From positions 90,001 through 122,000 of the forward strand of contig NC_014033.1 in NCBI RefSeq assembly GCF_000025925.1: DNA of 32,000 nucleotides. Reading direction: 5' to 3'. The translations under genes and the position numbers were made by a program. The notes under the pieces were generated by a model. The model had not been told where the DNA came from, made no database searches, and saw only the letters and a list, made by a program, of their open reading frames with translations. Of the stretch, positions 17,944-25,944 are shown one piece after another; position 1 is the stretch's first letter; every line of letters begins with the position of its first letter. The DNA comes from Xylanibacter ruminicola 23. Lineage in GTDB: Bacteria > Bacteroidota > Bacteroidia > Bacteroidales > Bacteroidaceae.

Positions 17944-19020
17944 ATGGAGCAGAATCAACAAAATCAGATAAATCCACAGGTTCGTAAACCTCAGCCCATC
18001 GATTTTGGTGCCATCTGGCAGGCCATCAAGAGCAATCGTAAACTCTATTATATCGTATTGCCTATCGCCTTTGTGGTGGCTGTCGTTATCGCCAAGTCGA
18101 TACCTCCTTATTATAAGTGCGAGGTGATGTTGGCGCCCGAGGCTGGCGGTGGCGGTAGTAGTATGGGCCAGTTAGCCTCTCTAGCCAGTTCCTTTGGTGT
18201 GAGTCTTGGTGGTGGTGGTAATGCATCTGGTGATGCTATTACGCCTTCATTATATCCTGATTTAATGAAGAGTACCGACTTTAAAACCTCACTTTTCCCC
18301 ATTAAGGTGCATGGCAAGAATGACAAAACGTCCATGACTTATTACGATTACCTCAAGAACGAATGGAAGGAACCCTGGTGGAAAGATTTCTTTGGTCTGA
18401 TGGCCCCCGAGAAGAAGCAGGATACTCTGGTTAATAACTTTGAATTGACAGGAGAACAGGCACGTATTGCTGGTATGATTATGAAAAATGTGGTTTGTAA
18501 GATTGATAAGAAAACAGATCTGATTTCTATCAGTGTTACCACCCAGGAACCGTATATCGCAGCTTTGTTAGCAGATTCTGTTCAAACTCGTTTGCAGGAT
18601 TTCCTCACCGACTATCGTACCAAAAAGTCGCGTCACGATTTGGAATATGCCGAGATGTTGCAGCAACAGGCTAAGAAGGATTACGAGCATGCCCGTCAGA
18701 AGTATGTGGAATTTGTAGATGCTAACCAGGATGTTGTTCTGGAAAGTATCCGTCAGATGCAAACCGATTTGGAAAACGACTTGCAGTTGCAGTATAACAA
18801 CTACAATACATTGAGTGCTCAGGTATTGGCCTATAAAGCCAAAGTTCAAGAGGCTACACCCGCTTTTACAACCCTTCAGCGTGCCACAGTACCTTTGGGC
18901 CCTGCAGGTCCCAAGCGTCCTCAGATACTGTTCGTCTGTCTGTTCCTGGCAGCCTTATTCACAACAGTTTGGATATTGTATAAAGAGCATCAACTCAAGC
19001 CATTGTTAGGCTTGTCATAA
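17944..19020 (+). CDS. Wzz-type chain-length determinant (polysaccharide co-polymerase, no kinase domain)
   Basis: 358 aa. N- and C-terminal TM helices flank a coiled-coil periplasmic region. There is a Gly-rich segment (GGGGSS...GGGGNASG). It lies 6 nt after the exporter gene. Confidence 0.8.
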   Translation: MEQNQQNQINPQVRKPQPIDFGAIWQAIKSNRKLYYIVLPIAFVVAVVIAKSIPPYYKCEVMLAPEAGGGGSSMGQLASLASSFGVSLGGGGNASGDAITPSLYPDLMKSTDFKTSLFPIKVHGKNDKTSMTYYDYLKNEWKEPWWKDFFGLMAPEKKQDTLVNNFELTGEQARIAGMIMKNVVCKIDKKTDLISISVTTQEPYIAALLADSVQTRLQDFLTDYRTKKSRHDLEYAEMLQQQAKKDYEHARQKYVEFVDANQDVVLESIRQMQTDLENDLQLQYNNYNTLSAQVLAYKAKVQEATPAFTTLQRATVPLGPAGPKRPQILFVCLFLAALFTTVWILYKEHQLKPLLGLS

Positions 19021-19036
19021 TGGACTAATGAATTAT

Positions 19037-19095
19037 AAAAGACGGAAGTGACGAATAATTAAGGAATAAAACGTCATTTTCCGTCTTTTTTATTT
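19037..19095 (+). terminator. Strong rho-independent terminator after wzz
   Basis: AAAAGACGGAA (19037..19047) pairs perfectly with TTCCGTCTTTT (19079..19089). The stem is extended by GTGACG/CGTCAT with one bulge. A T-rich tract follows. Confidence 0.65.
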
Positions 19096-19124
19096 GGTTA
19101 TATCAAGGAATTCCCTTATCTTTG
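19093..19124 (+). promoter_or_regulatory. Consensus Bacteroidetes promoter for the biosynthesis operon
   Basis: TTTG (19093..19096), N20, TATCTTTG (19117..19124). The palindrome GGAATTCC (19107..19114) lies in the spacer. The next start codon is at 19366. Confidence 0.55.
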
Positions 19125-19365
19125 CATGCGGAAAAGGGAAATCGATTTCTTAAAACTCCCAAGTACCACATGGTTAATAAAAGCTAATTTTTTTGTAACG
19201 TACTGACCTATAGCACTTTGCATTCGTCAGTTCGGAATGTTTTCTTTGCGCTTGTGTAAAAAAATACACGCTCGTCGGGGCTGTCTGCCCCTTGCCGCGT
19301 GGCGCTCCCCGAGTGTTTTAGCATGGTATTAAATATGGCGCTTTTAGCGCATAAGCAGTATATTA

Positions 19366-19920
19366 ATGGAAGTTAGAAAAACATCAATTGATGGTGTGTT
19401 CATTATCGAACCCCGAATTTTCGAGGATAGCCGTGGCTATTTCTTTGAATCTTTCTCTCAACGAGAGTTCGAAGAAAAAATCGGCCCAATCAATTTCGTT
19501 CAGGACAACGAGTCCAAATCAAGCTATGGCGTAATGCGTGGCTTGCATTTTCAGCGCCCTCCCTTCACTCAGAGCAAGCTGGTTCGCTGTGTCAAAGGTG
19601 CAGTACTTGATGTGGCTGTCGATATCCGCAAAGGCAGCCCCACCTATGGCCAGCATGTGGCTGTAGAACTTACCGAGGATAATCATCGTCAGTTCTTTAT
19701 CCCCAAGGGATTCGCTCATGGCTTTGCAGTGTTGAGTGAAACAGCAGTATTCCAATACAAGTGCGATGAGTTCTATCACCCTGAGGCTGATGGCGGCATC
19801 AGTATCTTAGATGAAAGTCTGAATATCGATTGGCATATCCCAACGGATAAAGCCATCCTCTCCGACAAGGATACCAAACATCCCCTCCTCAAAGATTTTG
19901 AGACTCCTTTCAATTACTAA
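19366..19920 (+). CDS. rfbC: dTDP-4-dehydrorhamnose 3,5-epimerase
   Basis: 184 aa. Classic RmlC sequence: EPRIFEDSRGYFFESF, MRGLHFQ, SKLVRCVKGAVLDVAVDIR, FIPKGFAHGF. Confidence 0.94.
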   Translation: MEVRKTSIDGVFIIEPRIFEDSRGYFFESFSQREFEEKIGPINFVQDNESKSSYGVMRGLHFQRPPFTQSKLVRCVKGAVLDVAVDIRKGSPTYGQHVAVELTEDNHRQFFIPKGFAHGFAVLSETAVFQYKCDEFYHPEADGGISILDESLNIDWHIPTDKAILSDKDTKHPLLKDFETPFNY

Positions 19921-19925
19921 TCGGC

Positions 19926-20754
19926 ATGAAATACCCCATAGGAATTCAGAATTTCGGTGAAGTTAGGCGTAATGGTTATGCCTATGTGGATAAGACTGCA
20001 CTGCTGTATAAGTTGGTGTCGGAGGGAAAGTATTATTTCCTTTCTCGTCCCCGTCGCTTTGGTAAGTCATTGTTCCTTTCTACACTGGAGAGTTATTTCT
20101 GTGGCGAAAAAGAGCTGTTCGATGGACTGGCAGTGAGCGAGTTGGAGCACGATTGGAAATCGTATCCTATTCTGCATCTTGATTTGAACACAGAAAAGAA
20201 AGTGTACGTCAGTTGGCTGAGACCAATGGTCTTACACAGGATGAATGTTATAAAAAGTTAGCTAAGGACTATGATGGCTATCACTTCGATTATGATACCC
20301 CTGGAATCTACAATCCCTTCAGCTTACTTAATACGCTAGATAATAAAGTGTTCCGTGACTACTGGTTCGAGACGGGCACACCATCGTTCTTGGTTTATCA
20401 ACTTAAGAAAACCGAATATCCGTTGGAAAGCATGACAGAGGAGGAACTCACCACCGATACGCTTAATAGTATCCATATTATGGATGAGAATCCACTGCCA
20501 TTACTCTATCAGAGCGGTTATTTGACAATTAAGAGTTATGACAAGGAGTTTGATTGTTATCAGTTATGTTTCCCAAATCGTGAAGTAGAGCAGGGATTTT
20601 CTCAGTTACTCCGTAGGTTAAAGAAAAACGGCAACAAATAGAAGAAAAAGGTTACGCCAAGGCTTTTATGAATGATAGCCGTAAGTTGTTCAAAATTGGC
20701 ATCAATTTTTCTACAGAAAAGAAGTTGATAGATGATTGGACAGTTGTTGAATAG
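19926..20754 (+). pseudogene. Decayed AAA-ATPase-like / PD-(D/E)XK (PDDEXK_9-type) gene, surviving as three out-of-frame fragments
   Basis: Fragment 1 (frame of 19926): MKYPIGIQNFGEVRRNGYAYVDKT...FLSRPRRFGKSLFLSTLESYF...HLDLNTEK. Fragment 2 (frame of 20213): AETNGLTQDECYKKLAKDYDGYHF...YWFETGTPSFLV...LYQSGYLTIKSYD...FPNREVEQGF. Fragment 3 (20617..20754, third frame): RQQIEEKGYAKAFMNDSRKLFKIGINFSTEKKLIDDWTVVE*. About 830 nt remain, whereas I recall intact members being around 500 aa or more. Breakpoints are near 20195..20212 and 20600..20620. Confidence 0.8.
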
Positions 20755-20968
20755 GAACTTGATACTTCAGGAGGCATACTCAGCTTGCTGCTATGCTTGC
20801 AAAGAACATATTACTGATGACCATCGGTATTAAATAATAATAAAGTTTAATTTAATCTAAACGCTTCAGGTGACCAAAGCCGCCCTAAAAGGCTGTTTTT
20901 AAGTCTGGACGTCAAAATTGACAGTTTACTGGAGTAAGAATAGCATATTAATACAAAATACAAATATA

Positions 20969-22786
20969 ATGCAAGCAATTATTTTAGCTGCGGGTATGGG
21001 AAAGCGTCTTGGTGAATATACCAAGAATAATACCAAGTGTATGGTGCCTGTAAATGGTGTGCCATTAATAGATCGTGTTCTACTTCAGCTTTCAATTCTT
21101 TCTTTGAATCGTGTGGTGATTGTTGTTGGCTATGAAGGTCAAAAACTGATGAATTATCTTGGTAGCGAACAGCATGGTTTGAAGATTGAGTATATTGATA
21201 ATCCTATTTATGACAAAACAAATAATATATATTCTTTGGCATTAGCAAAGGAAAAATTGCTGGATGATGATACATTGTTGATTGAAAGCGACCTCATTTT
21301 TGATGATGGTATGTTTAAATTGCTGCTTGATAATCCTTATCCTAATCTTGCGCTTGTCGCAAAATATGAAAGTTGGATGGATGGTACGATGGTCCGAATT
21401 GATCAAGATAACAATATTGTAAATTTTGTACCGAAGGCGGCTTTTGATTTTAGGGAAACAAACTCATATTATAAGACCGTAAATATCTACAAATTCTCTA
21501 AGACTTTTTCCAGAACAAAATATGTTCCCTTTTTGGAGGCATATACCAAGGCTGTTGGTAATAATGAGTACTATGAGAATGTGCTGCGTATTATATCCTT
21601 CTTGAATAGCCATGACCTGAAGGCTTTACCTATTACTGATGAGAAGTGGTATGAGATCGATGACAAGCAGGACTTGGATATTGCAGAGGCTTTGTTTGCT
21701 GATGAGAAAGATGTGCTTCGTAAGTATTATGGTCGCTATGGCGGTTTCTGGCGGTTTCCAAAAATGCTTGACTATTGCTATCTTGTGAATCCCTATTTCA
21801 ATGAGAGTCGTATCATTGACGAAATGGAGGCTTTCTTTAGAACGCTTATTTCAGAATACCCCTCAGGTATGAAGGTGAACTCCCTCATTGCCAGTAAGTG
21901 CTGGGGCGTTAAAGAAGATTATATCATTCCAGGTAACGGAGCGGCAGAGTTGATAAAGGTCCTAATGGAAACTTTGCCTGGTACTTTAGGAGTGACTCGA
22001 CCTACATTTGAGGAATATCCTAACAGACGCGATAAGGAAAAACTAGTGACTTATATTCCTCAGAATAGTGACTACCGCTATACAGCTAAAGACCTGATGG
22101 ATTTCTTTGAGAAGAACCATGCTGACAATATTCTGCTGATTAACCCTGACAATCCTTCAGGAAACTTTATTCCTATCTGTGACGTATTAGTTTTGGCTGC
22201 TTGGTGCCAAAAACAGGATATCCGCTTGATAGTAGACGAAAGTTTTGTTGATTTTAGCGTTGGGTTTGAGAATAATTCTTTATTGAGTAATACACTCCTT
22301 GAAGCCTATCCCACAATGGTTGTAATGAAAAGCATCAGTAAGAGCTATGGTGTTCCAGGCATTCGTTTGGGCATTCTATGTTCAGCAGATGTAACACTAA
22401 TTGCCAAGATGAAGAAGATGGTGAGCATCTGGAACATCAATTCCTTTGCTGAGTATTTCATGCAGATTTTCACCAAGTACGAAAAGGACTACAAACGTGC
22501 TTGCGAGAAATTCATTGCAGAACGTGAGGACTTCGAGAAAAAACTGAAGGAAATCAGTTTCTTGCGGGTAATGCCATCGCAAGCCAACTATTTCCTTTGT
22601 GAGATTCTTCCACCTAAGAATGCTAACCAGTTAGTGCTCACAATGCTTAAGAAATATAATATTTTGGTTCGTGATTGTTCTGACAAGCAAGGATTTGATG
22701 GAAAACAGTATATGCGAATTGCTGTTCGTAGTCATGAGGATAATGAACGATTTATTCACGCATTTCGGGACTTAGATAAAAATTAA
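20969..22786 (+). CDS. Bifunctional fusion: LicC-like sugar/alcohol-phosphate cytidylyltransferase (N-terminal) plus a class I/II aminotransferase-fold (HisC/CobD-like) PLP domain (C-terminal)
   Basis: N-terminal part: MQAIILAAGMGKRLG (nucleotidyltransferase P-loop) and a WYEIDDKQDL end motif. C-terminal part: IPGNGAAELI, NPDNPSG, DESFVDF, SISKSYGVPGIRLG (PLP lysine motif). The ORF track starts at a TTG (20918). The ATG at 20969 gives the canonical N-terminus. Confidence 0.85.
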   Translation: MQAIILAAGMGKRLGEYTKNNTKCMVPVNGVPLIDRVLLQLSILSLNRVVIVVGYEGQKLMNYLGSEQHGLKIEYIDNPIYDKTNNIYSLALAKEKLLDDDTLLIESDLIFDDGMFKLLLDNPYPNLALVAKYESWMDGTMVRIDQDNNIVNFVPKAAFDFRETNSYYKTVNIYKFSKTFSRTKYVPFLEAYTKAVGNNEYYENVLRIISFLNSHDLKALPITDEKWYEIDDKQDLDIAEALFADEKDVLRKYYGRYGGFWRFPKMLDYCYLVNPYFNESRIIDEMEAFFRTLISEYPSGMKVNSLIASKCWGVKEDYIIPGNGAAELIKVLMETLPGTLGVTRPTFEEYPNRRDKEKLVTYIPQNSDYRYTAKDLMDFFEKNHADNILLINPDNPSGNFIPICDVLVLAAWCQKQDIRLIVDESFVDFSVGFENNSLLSNTLLEAYPTMVVMKSISKSYGVPGIRLGILCSADVTLIAKMKKMVSIWNINSFAEYFMQIFTKYEKDYKRACEKFIAEREDFEKKLKEISFLRVMPSQANYFLCEILPPKNANQLVLTMLKKYNILVRDCSDKQGFDGKQYMRIAVRSHEDNERFIHAFRDLDKN

Positions 22787-22793
22787 AATCTTT

Positions 22794-23816
22794 ATGAATA
22801 TTACGATTTGTGGAGGAGGAAACTTAGGGCACGTTGTGGCTGGTTTCTTAGGATCACAGAGAGGTCAGGATATATCTATTTTGACAACTTGTCCAGAAAA
22901 ATGGTCTCAAAACATTGAAGTTGTTGATAACAAAGGTGAAATATTTAGAGGATGTCCTGTTTCTATTTCATCTAGCCCTAAAGATGTTATTCCTAATGCA
23001 GATGTTGTTTTGCTGTGTCTTCCTGGCTTTGCTATACGCGATATGTTAAGAGCAATAGAACCTTATTTGACTCCCAATATTTGGGTTGGTTCTATTGTGT
23101 CTAGTACAGGATTCTTTTTTGAAGCTTTTAGTATTCTGACTAATAATCAACCTCTATTTGGATTTCAGCGGGTGCCTTTTATATCTCGAATCATAGAATA
23201 TGGGCACAGGGCAGAATTGAAAGGTTATAAGGATTCTTTAAGTGTCGCTGTCATGAATGTGGATGATAAGGAATATATGAGGAAGACATTAGAGGTTTTA
23301 TTTAAAACGCGTACATTCCTTCTTAATAGTTTCTATGAGGCAAGTCTTTCAAATAGTAATCCGCTTCTTCACACAGCACGTTTATATACTATGTGGAAAG
23401 ATTGGAAACCAGGACTTTCATATGATGTTAATCCTGGCTTCTATTCTGAATGGACAGTCGCTTCTTCTCAGCTATATTTATCAATGGATGATGAGTTCCA
23501 GAAACTTTTGAGAATAATAGGGGTACAAGAGGGAGCAATTCCTTCTGTTTTGGATTATTATGAATGTTCTGACGCAAATTCTTTAACAAAGAAAATACGT
23601 ACAATACAGGCATTTCAAGGAATTTTATCCCCAATGACTGTTAATAATCATGGAAGGTTTGAACCTGATTTTTCAAGCCGGTATTTTATAGAAGATTTTC
23701 CTTATGGATTAAGGTATATTATCGAAACTGCGGAAAAGCATAATTTCGATAGCCCCATTATGAAAGAGGTCTATCAATGGGGTATGAATATGTGTAATGG
23801 AAATAAGATGCAATGA
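22794..23816 (+). CDS. NAD(P)-dependent octopine/nopaline-dehydrogenase-family oxidoreductase
   Basis: 340 aa. N-terminal Rossmann motif ITICGGGNLGHVVAGFL. The helical domain carries SNSNPLLHTARLY, typical of the opine-DH family. Confidence 0.72.
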   Translation: MNITICGGGNLGHVVAGFLGSQRGQDISILTTCPEKWSQNIEVVDNKGEIFRGCPVSISSSPKDVIPNADVVLLCLPGFAIRDMLRAIEPYLTPNIWVGSIVSSTGFFFEAFSILTNNQPLFGFQRVPFISRIIEYGHRAELKGYKDSLSVAVMNVDDKEYMRKTLEVLFKTRTFLLNSFYEASLSNSNPLLHTARLYTMWKDWKPGLSYDVNPGFYSEWTVASSQLYLSMDDEFQKLLRIIGVQEGAIPSVLDYYECSDANSLTKKIRTIQAFQGILSPMTVNNHGRFEPDFSSRYFIEDFPYGLRYIIETAEKHNFDSPIMKEVYQWGMNMCNGNKMQ

Positions 23817-24499
23817 TAAAGGAATTATTAGATTTGTTAAGTCTAGGATATTATTCAAAATATCGAAATAATAGAGTTTTATTGAAACAGAGTTCTTTAA
23901 TGCATGAATTTGGGTTAGAGATTTTAGATTTGTTTCATAGAATTAGTCTTGAACAAAAAAAAGCGATATGGTTGGAGTTCGGAACATTGCTTGGGGCATA
24001 CAGGAATCATTCTTTTATAAAATATGATTATGATATGGATTTGGGAATGTATCAGGATCAGTATGATCTTGATTTTGAAAATACTCTTATAATGAGTGGT
24101 TTTAAAAAGAAACATTTTTTCTATCAGTATAGAGATGGGGGGCGTTTTTTGACAGAAGTAACTTGGGAGTATAAAGGATTTCAAATCGATATTTTTTTGT
24201 GTACAAGTGACAATGGTGAACGACATGTTTTTTGTTATGATAAGCAGAATGACGAATCTTTTGCTCAAAACAAATGGATGTTTCGTGAGTATACCATACC
24301 GGAGGCATGTCCATTAGTGAAGTTGGATTTGGCTGGCATGGAATGTAATGCTCCTGCTGATCCAAAGAAATGTTTGGAAACGTATTATGGTGAATCTTTT
24401 ATGACGCCTATTGCAGATTGGACTCCGTCTGAACCAAATAAGAGGTTTAAGAATTGGTTTGTAGATAAAGCCTATGGTAGCATTACAAGAGTGTACTAA
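23813..24499 (+). CDS. LicD-family phosphotransferase (transfers an alcohol-phosphate from a CDP-activated donor)
   Basis: 228 aa. LicD core: EFGTLLGAYRNHSFIKYDYDMDLGM. A 4 nt ATGA overlap joins it to the preceding gene. Confidence 0.82.
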   Translation: MIKELLDLLSLGYYSKYRNNRVLLKQSSLMHEFGLEILDLFHRISLEQKKAIWLEFGTLLGAYRNHSFIKYDYDMDLGMYQDQYDLDFENTLIMSGFKKKHFFYQYRDGGRFLTEVTWEYKGFQIDIFLCTSDNGERHVFCYDKQNDESFAQNKWMFREYTIPEACPLVKLDLAGMECNAPADPKKCLETYYGESFMTPIADWTPSEPNKRFKNWFVDKAYGSITRVY

Positions 24500-24501
24500 A
24501 A

Positions 24502-25944
24502 ATGAAAAAGTCTGTATCTGCAACTATTTGGAGTGTCTTAGATCGAATTTGGGCTCAGATTATTAGCTTCTTTATTGGGATCGTTTTAGCTCGCTTACTT
24601 ACCCCCGATGATTACGGTTTGGTGGGGATTAGTATGGTTTTTATTGCGTTTTCTAATGTTTTTATTGAAGCAGGATTCTCTAATGCTCTTATTCGAAAAT
24701 TAGATAGAACAAATATCGATTATTCAACAGCATTCCATTTTAACACTTTAATGGGAGTTGCTATGTATGCAGTGTTATATTTCGGTGCTCCTTGGATAGC
24801 AGATTATTTTGATGACAAACAGCTGATTCCACTCACAAGGTTAGTAAGCATTACTGTTGTGTTGAATTCTCTATGTATAGTGCAAAATGCAATTCTTACA
24901 GCAGAATTCAGAATGCGCGAACAGGCGATAATAAATATTGTATCGCAAATCCCATCAGGACTTTTAGCTGTTTATCTGGCATATATAGGTTGGGGCATAT
25001 ACGCTTTGGCAGTGAATACAATATTGGCTTCATTCATTAGAACTGTTATGTTCTGGATTGTTACAAAATGGTGGCCTTCTTGGGAATTTAGTATGGAGTC
25101 TATGCGCTATTTGTGGGGGTTCGGTTCTAAACTAATTGGTGCAAATTTCTTAGGTACGGTATTTAATGAGATATATACCTTATTGATTGGTAAATACGTT
25201 AATAAAACTGATTTGGGCTTCTATTCAAAGGGGCGTTCATTGTCAACACAGCCGGAAACGATATGTAACGGAGTTATTCAGAAGGTATCTTTACCATTAT
25301 TAGCTAATGTTCAAAATGATGCAAATTTGCTACGAGAGAAATATAGGGAGTTAACCAAAATGGTAACTTGCGTAATGACAATTATAAGTGGAATTCTAAT
25401 TGTAATTGCCAAACCACTAATTATTCTCTTGTGGGGTGAAGCTTGGGTAGGATCTGTTATTGCTTTTCAGCTTTTGTTGTTAGCTAGTGTTATCGGCTAT
25501 GTCCAATCATTAACTCTTGTGTTACTACAGATTGTTAATCAGACTGGATATACATTGAAATTGGAATTTTTGAAGAAACCAGTATACCTTGTTGTTATTC
25601 TCTTGTCCATACAATATGGGATGATAGGATTGCTGATAGCTTATGTTATTAATTCATTATGGGGTACTTTTGTGAATATGTCAGCGCCACAAAGATATTT
25701 ATCATATTCTTATTTTGAGCAAATTAAAGATGTCCTTATTTATGTTGCTGCTTGGATTTTTGGTTCCATTCTTGTATGGGGATTTTCCTTGTTTGTTCAT
25801 CCTTGTTACGTTGTTGATATAGTTTTTCGAATGGCAATAATGGCTGTAATATATGTTGGTTTTCTTGGCTTAATGAAAGATGAAGTTTTTATGAAATATA
25901 GTAAGCAGATATATCTAACCTGCAAAAATAAGTTAGCGTTATGA
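24502..25944 (+). CDS. wzx: Wzx-type oligosaccharide flippase (MOP superfamily)
   Basis: 480 aa, polytopic, about 12 or more hydrophobic segments. N-terminus is typical of Polysacc_synt proteins (ISFFIGIVLARLLTPDDYGLVG). Confidence 0.82.
   Translation: MKKSVSATIWSVLDRIWAQIISFFIGIVLARLLTPDDYGLVGISMVFIAFSNVFIEAGFSNALIRKLDRTNIDYSTAFHFNTLMGVAMYAVLYFGAPWIADYFDDKQLIPLTRLVSITVVLNSLCIVQNAILTAEFRMREQAIINIVSQIPSGLLAVYLAYIGWGIYALAVNTILASFIRTVMFWIVTKWWPSWEFSMESMRYLWGFGSKLIGANFLGTVFNEIYTLLIGKYVNKTDLGFYSKGRSLSTQPETICNGVIQKVSLPLLANVQNDANLLREKYRELTKMVTCVMTIISGILIVIAKPLIILLWGEAWVGSVIAFQLLLLASVIGYVQSLTLVLLQIVNQTGYTLKLEFLKKPVYLVVILLSIQYGMIGLLIAYVINSLWGTFVNMSAPQRYLSYSYFEQIKDVLIYVAAWIFGSILVWGFSLFVHPCYVVDIVFRMAIMAVIYVGFLGLMKDEVFMKYSKQIYLTCKNKLAL

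Noticed and set aside
16165-17961. Long antisense ORFs inside the exporter gene (223 aa and 285 aa). Similar shadow ORFs occur at 3343..3816, 3928..4386, 6401..7039, 9778..10278, 11965..12639 and 13872..14282.
   Set aside because: Each lies entirely antisense or out of frame within a gene with strong family motifs. They have no recognisable motifs of their own, and their composition is typical of reverse-frame translation of coding DNA.
19191-19210. GTAACGTACTG in the capsule leader resembles the ARACGTWCGT half-site of the invertible capsule promoters of Bacteroides fragilis
   Set aside because: The match is only partial. I found no inverted partner copy flanking the promoter (19021..19365), and no invertase gene is in the window. 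A fixed promoter is the simpler reading.
19323-19376. 17-codon upstream ORF (MVLNMALLAHKQYINGS) overlapping the rfbC start codon, possibly a leader peptide
   Set aside because: It is very short with no recognisable features, and ORFs of this size are expected by chance. I mention it only as something Ribo-seq could test. It is not called as a feature.
20213-20641. 142 aa ORF that could be annotated as a stand-alone hypothetical protein
   Set aside because: It starts at a TTG. It corresponds to the middle section of the AAA-ATPase/PDDEXK_9 family, and the N- and C-terminal sections lie in other frames on either side. It is treated as part of one pseudogene.
20918-20968. The ORF-track start of the nucleotidyltransferase fusion is at a TTG, adding 17 N-terminal residues (MTVYWSKNSILIQNTNI)
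   Set aside because: The canonical nucleotidyltransferase N-terminus (MQAIILAAGMGKRLG) begins at ATG 20969. The extension looks like translated AT-rich leader.
20755-20968. 214 bp gap at the composition boundary, examined for a promoter, terminator, att site or mobile-element end
   Set aside because: There is only a weak 4 bp hairpin (AGCC...GGCT near 20877..20893). There is no TAnnTTTG box, no repeat matching elsewhere in the window, and no integrase or transposase nearby. It is probably decayed sequence read through from the 19117 promoter.
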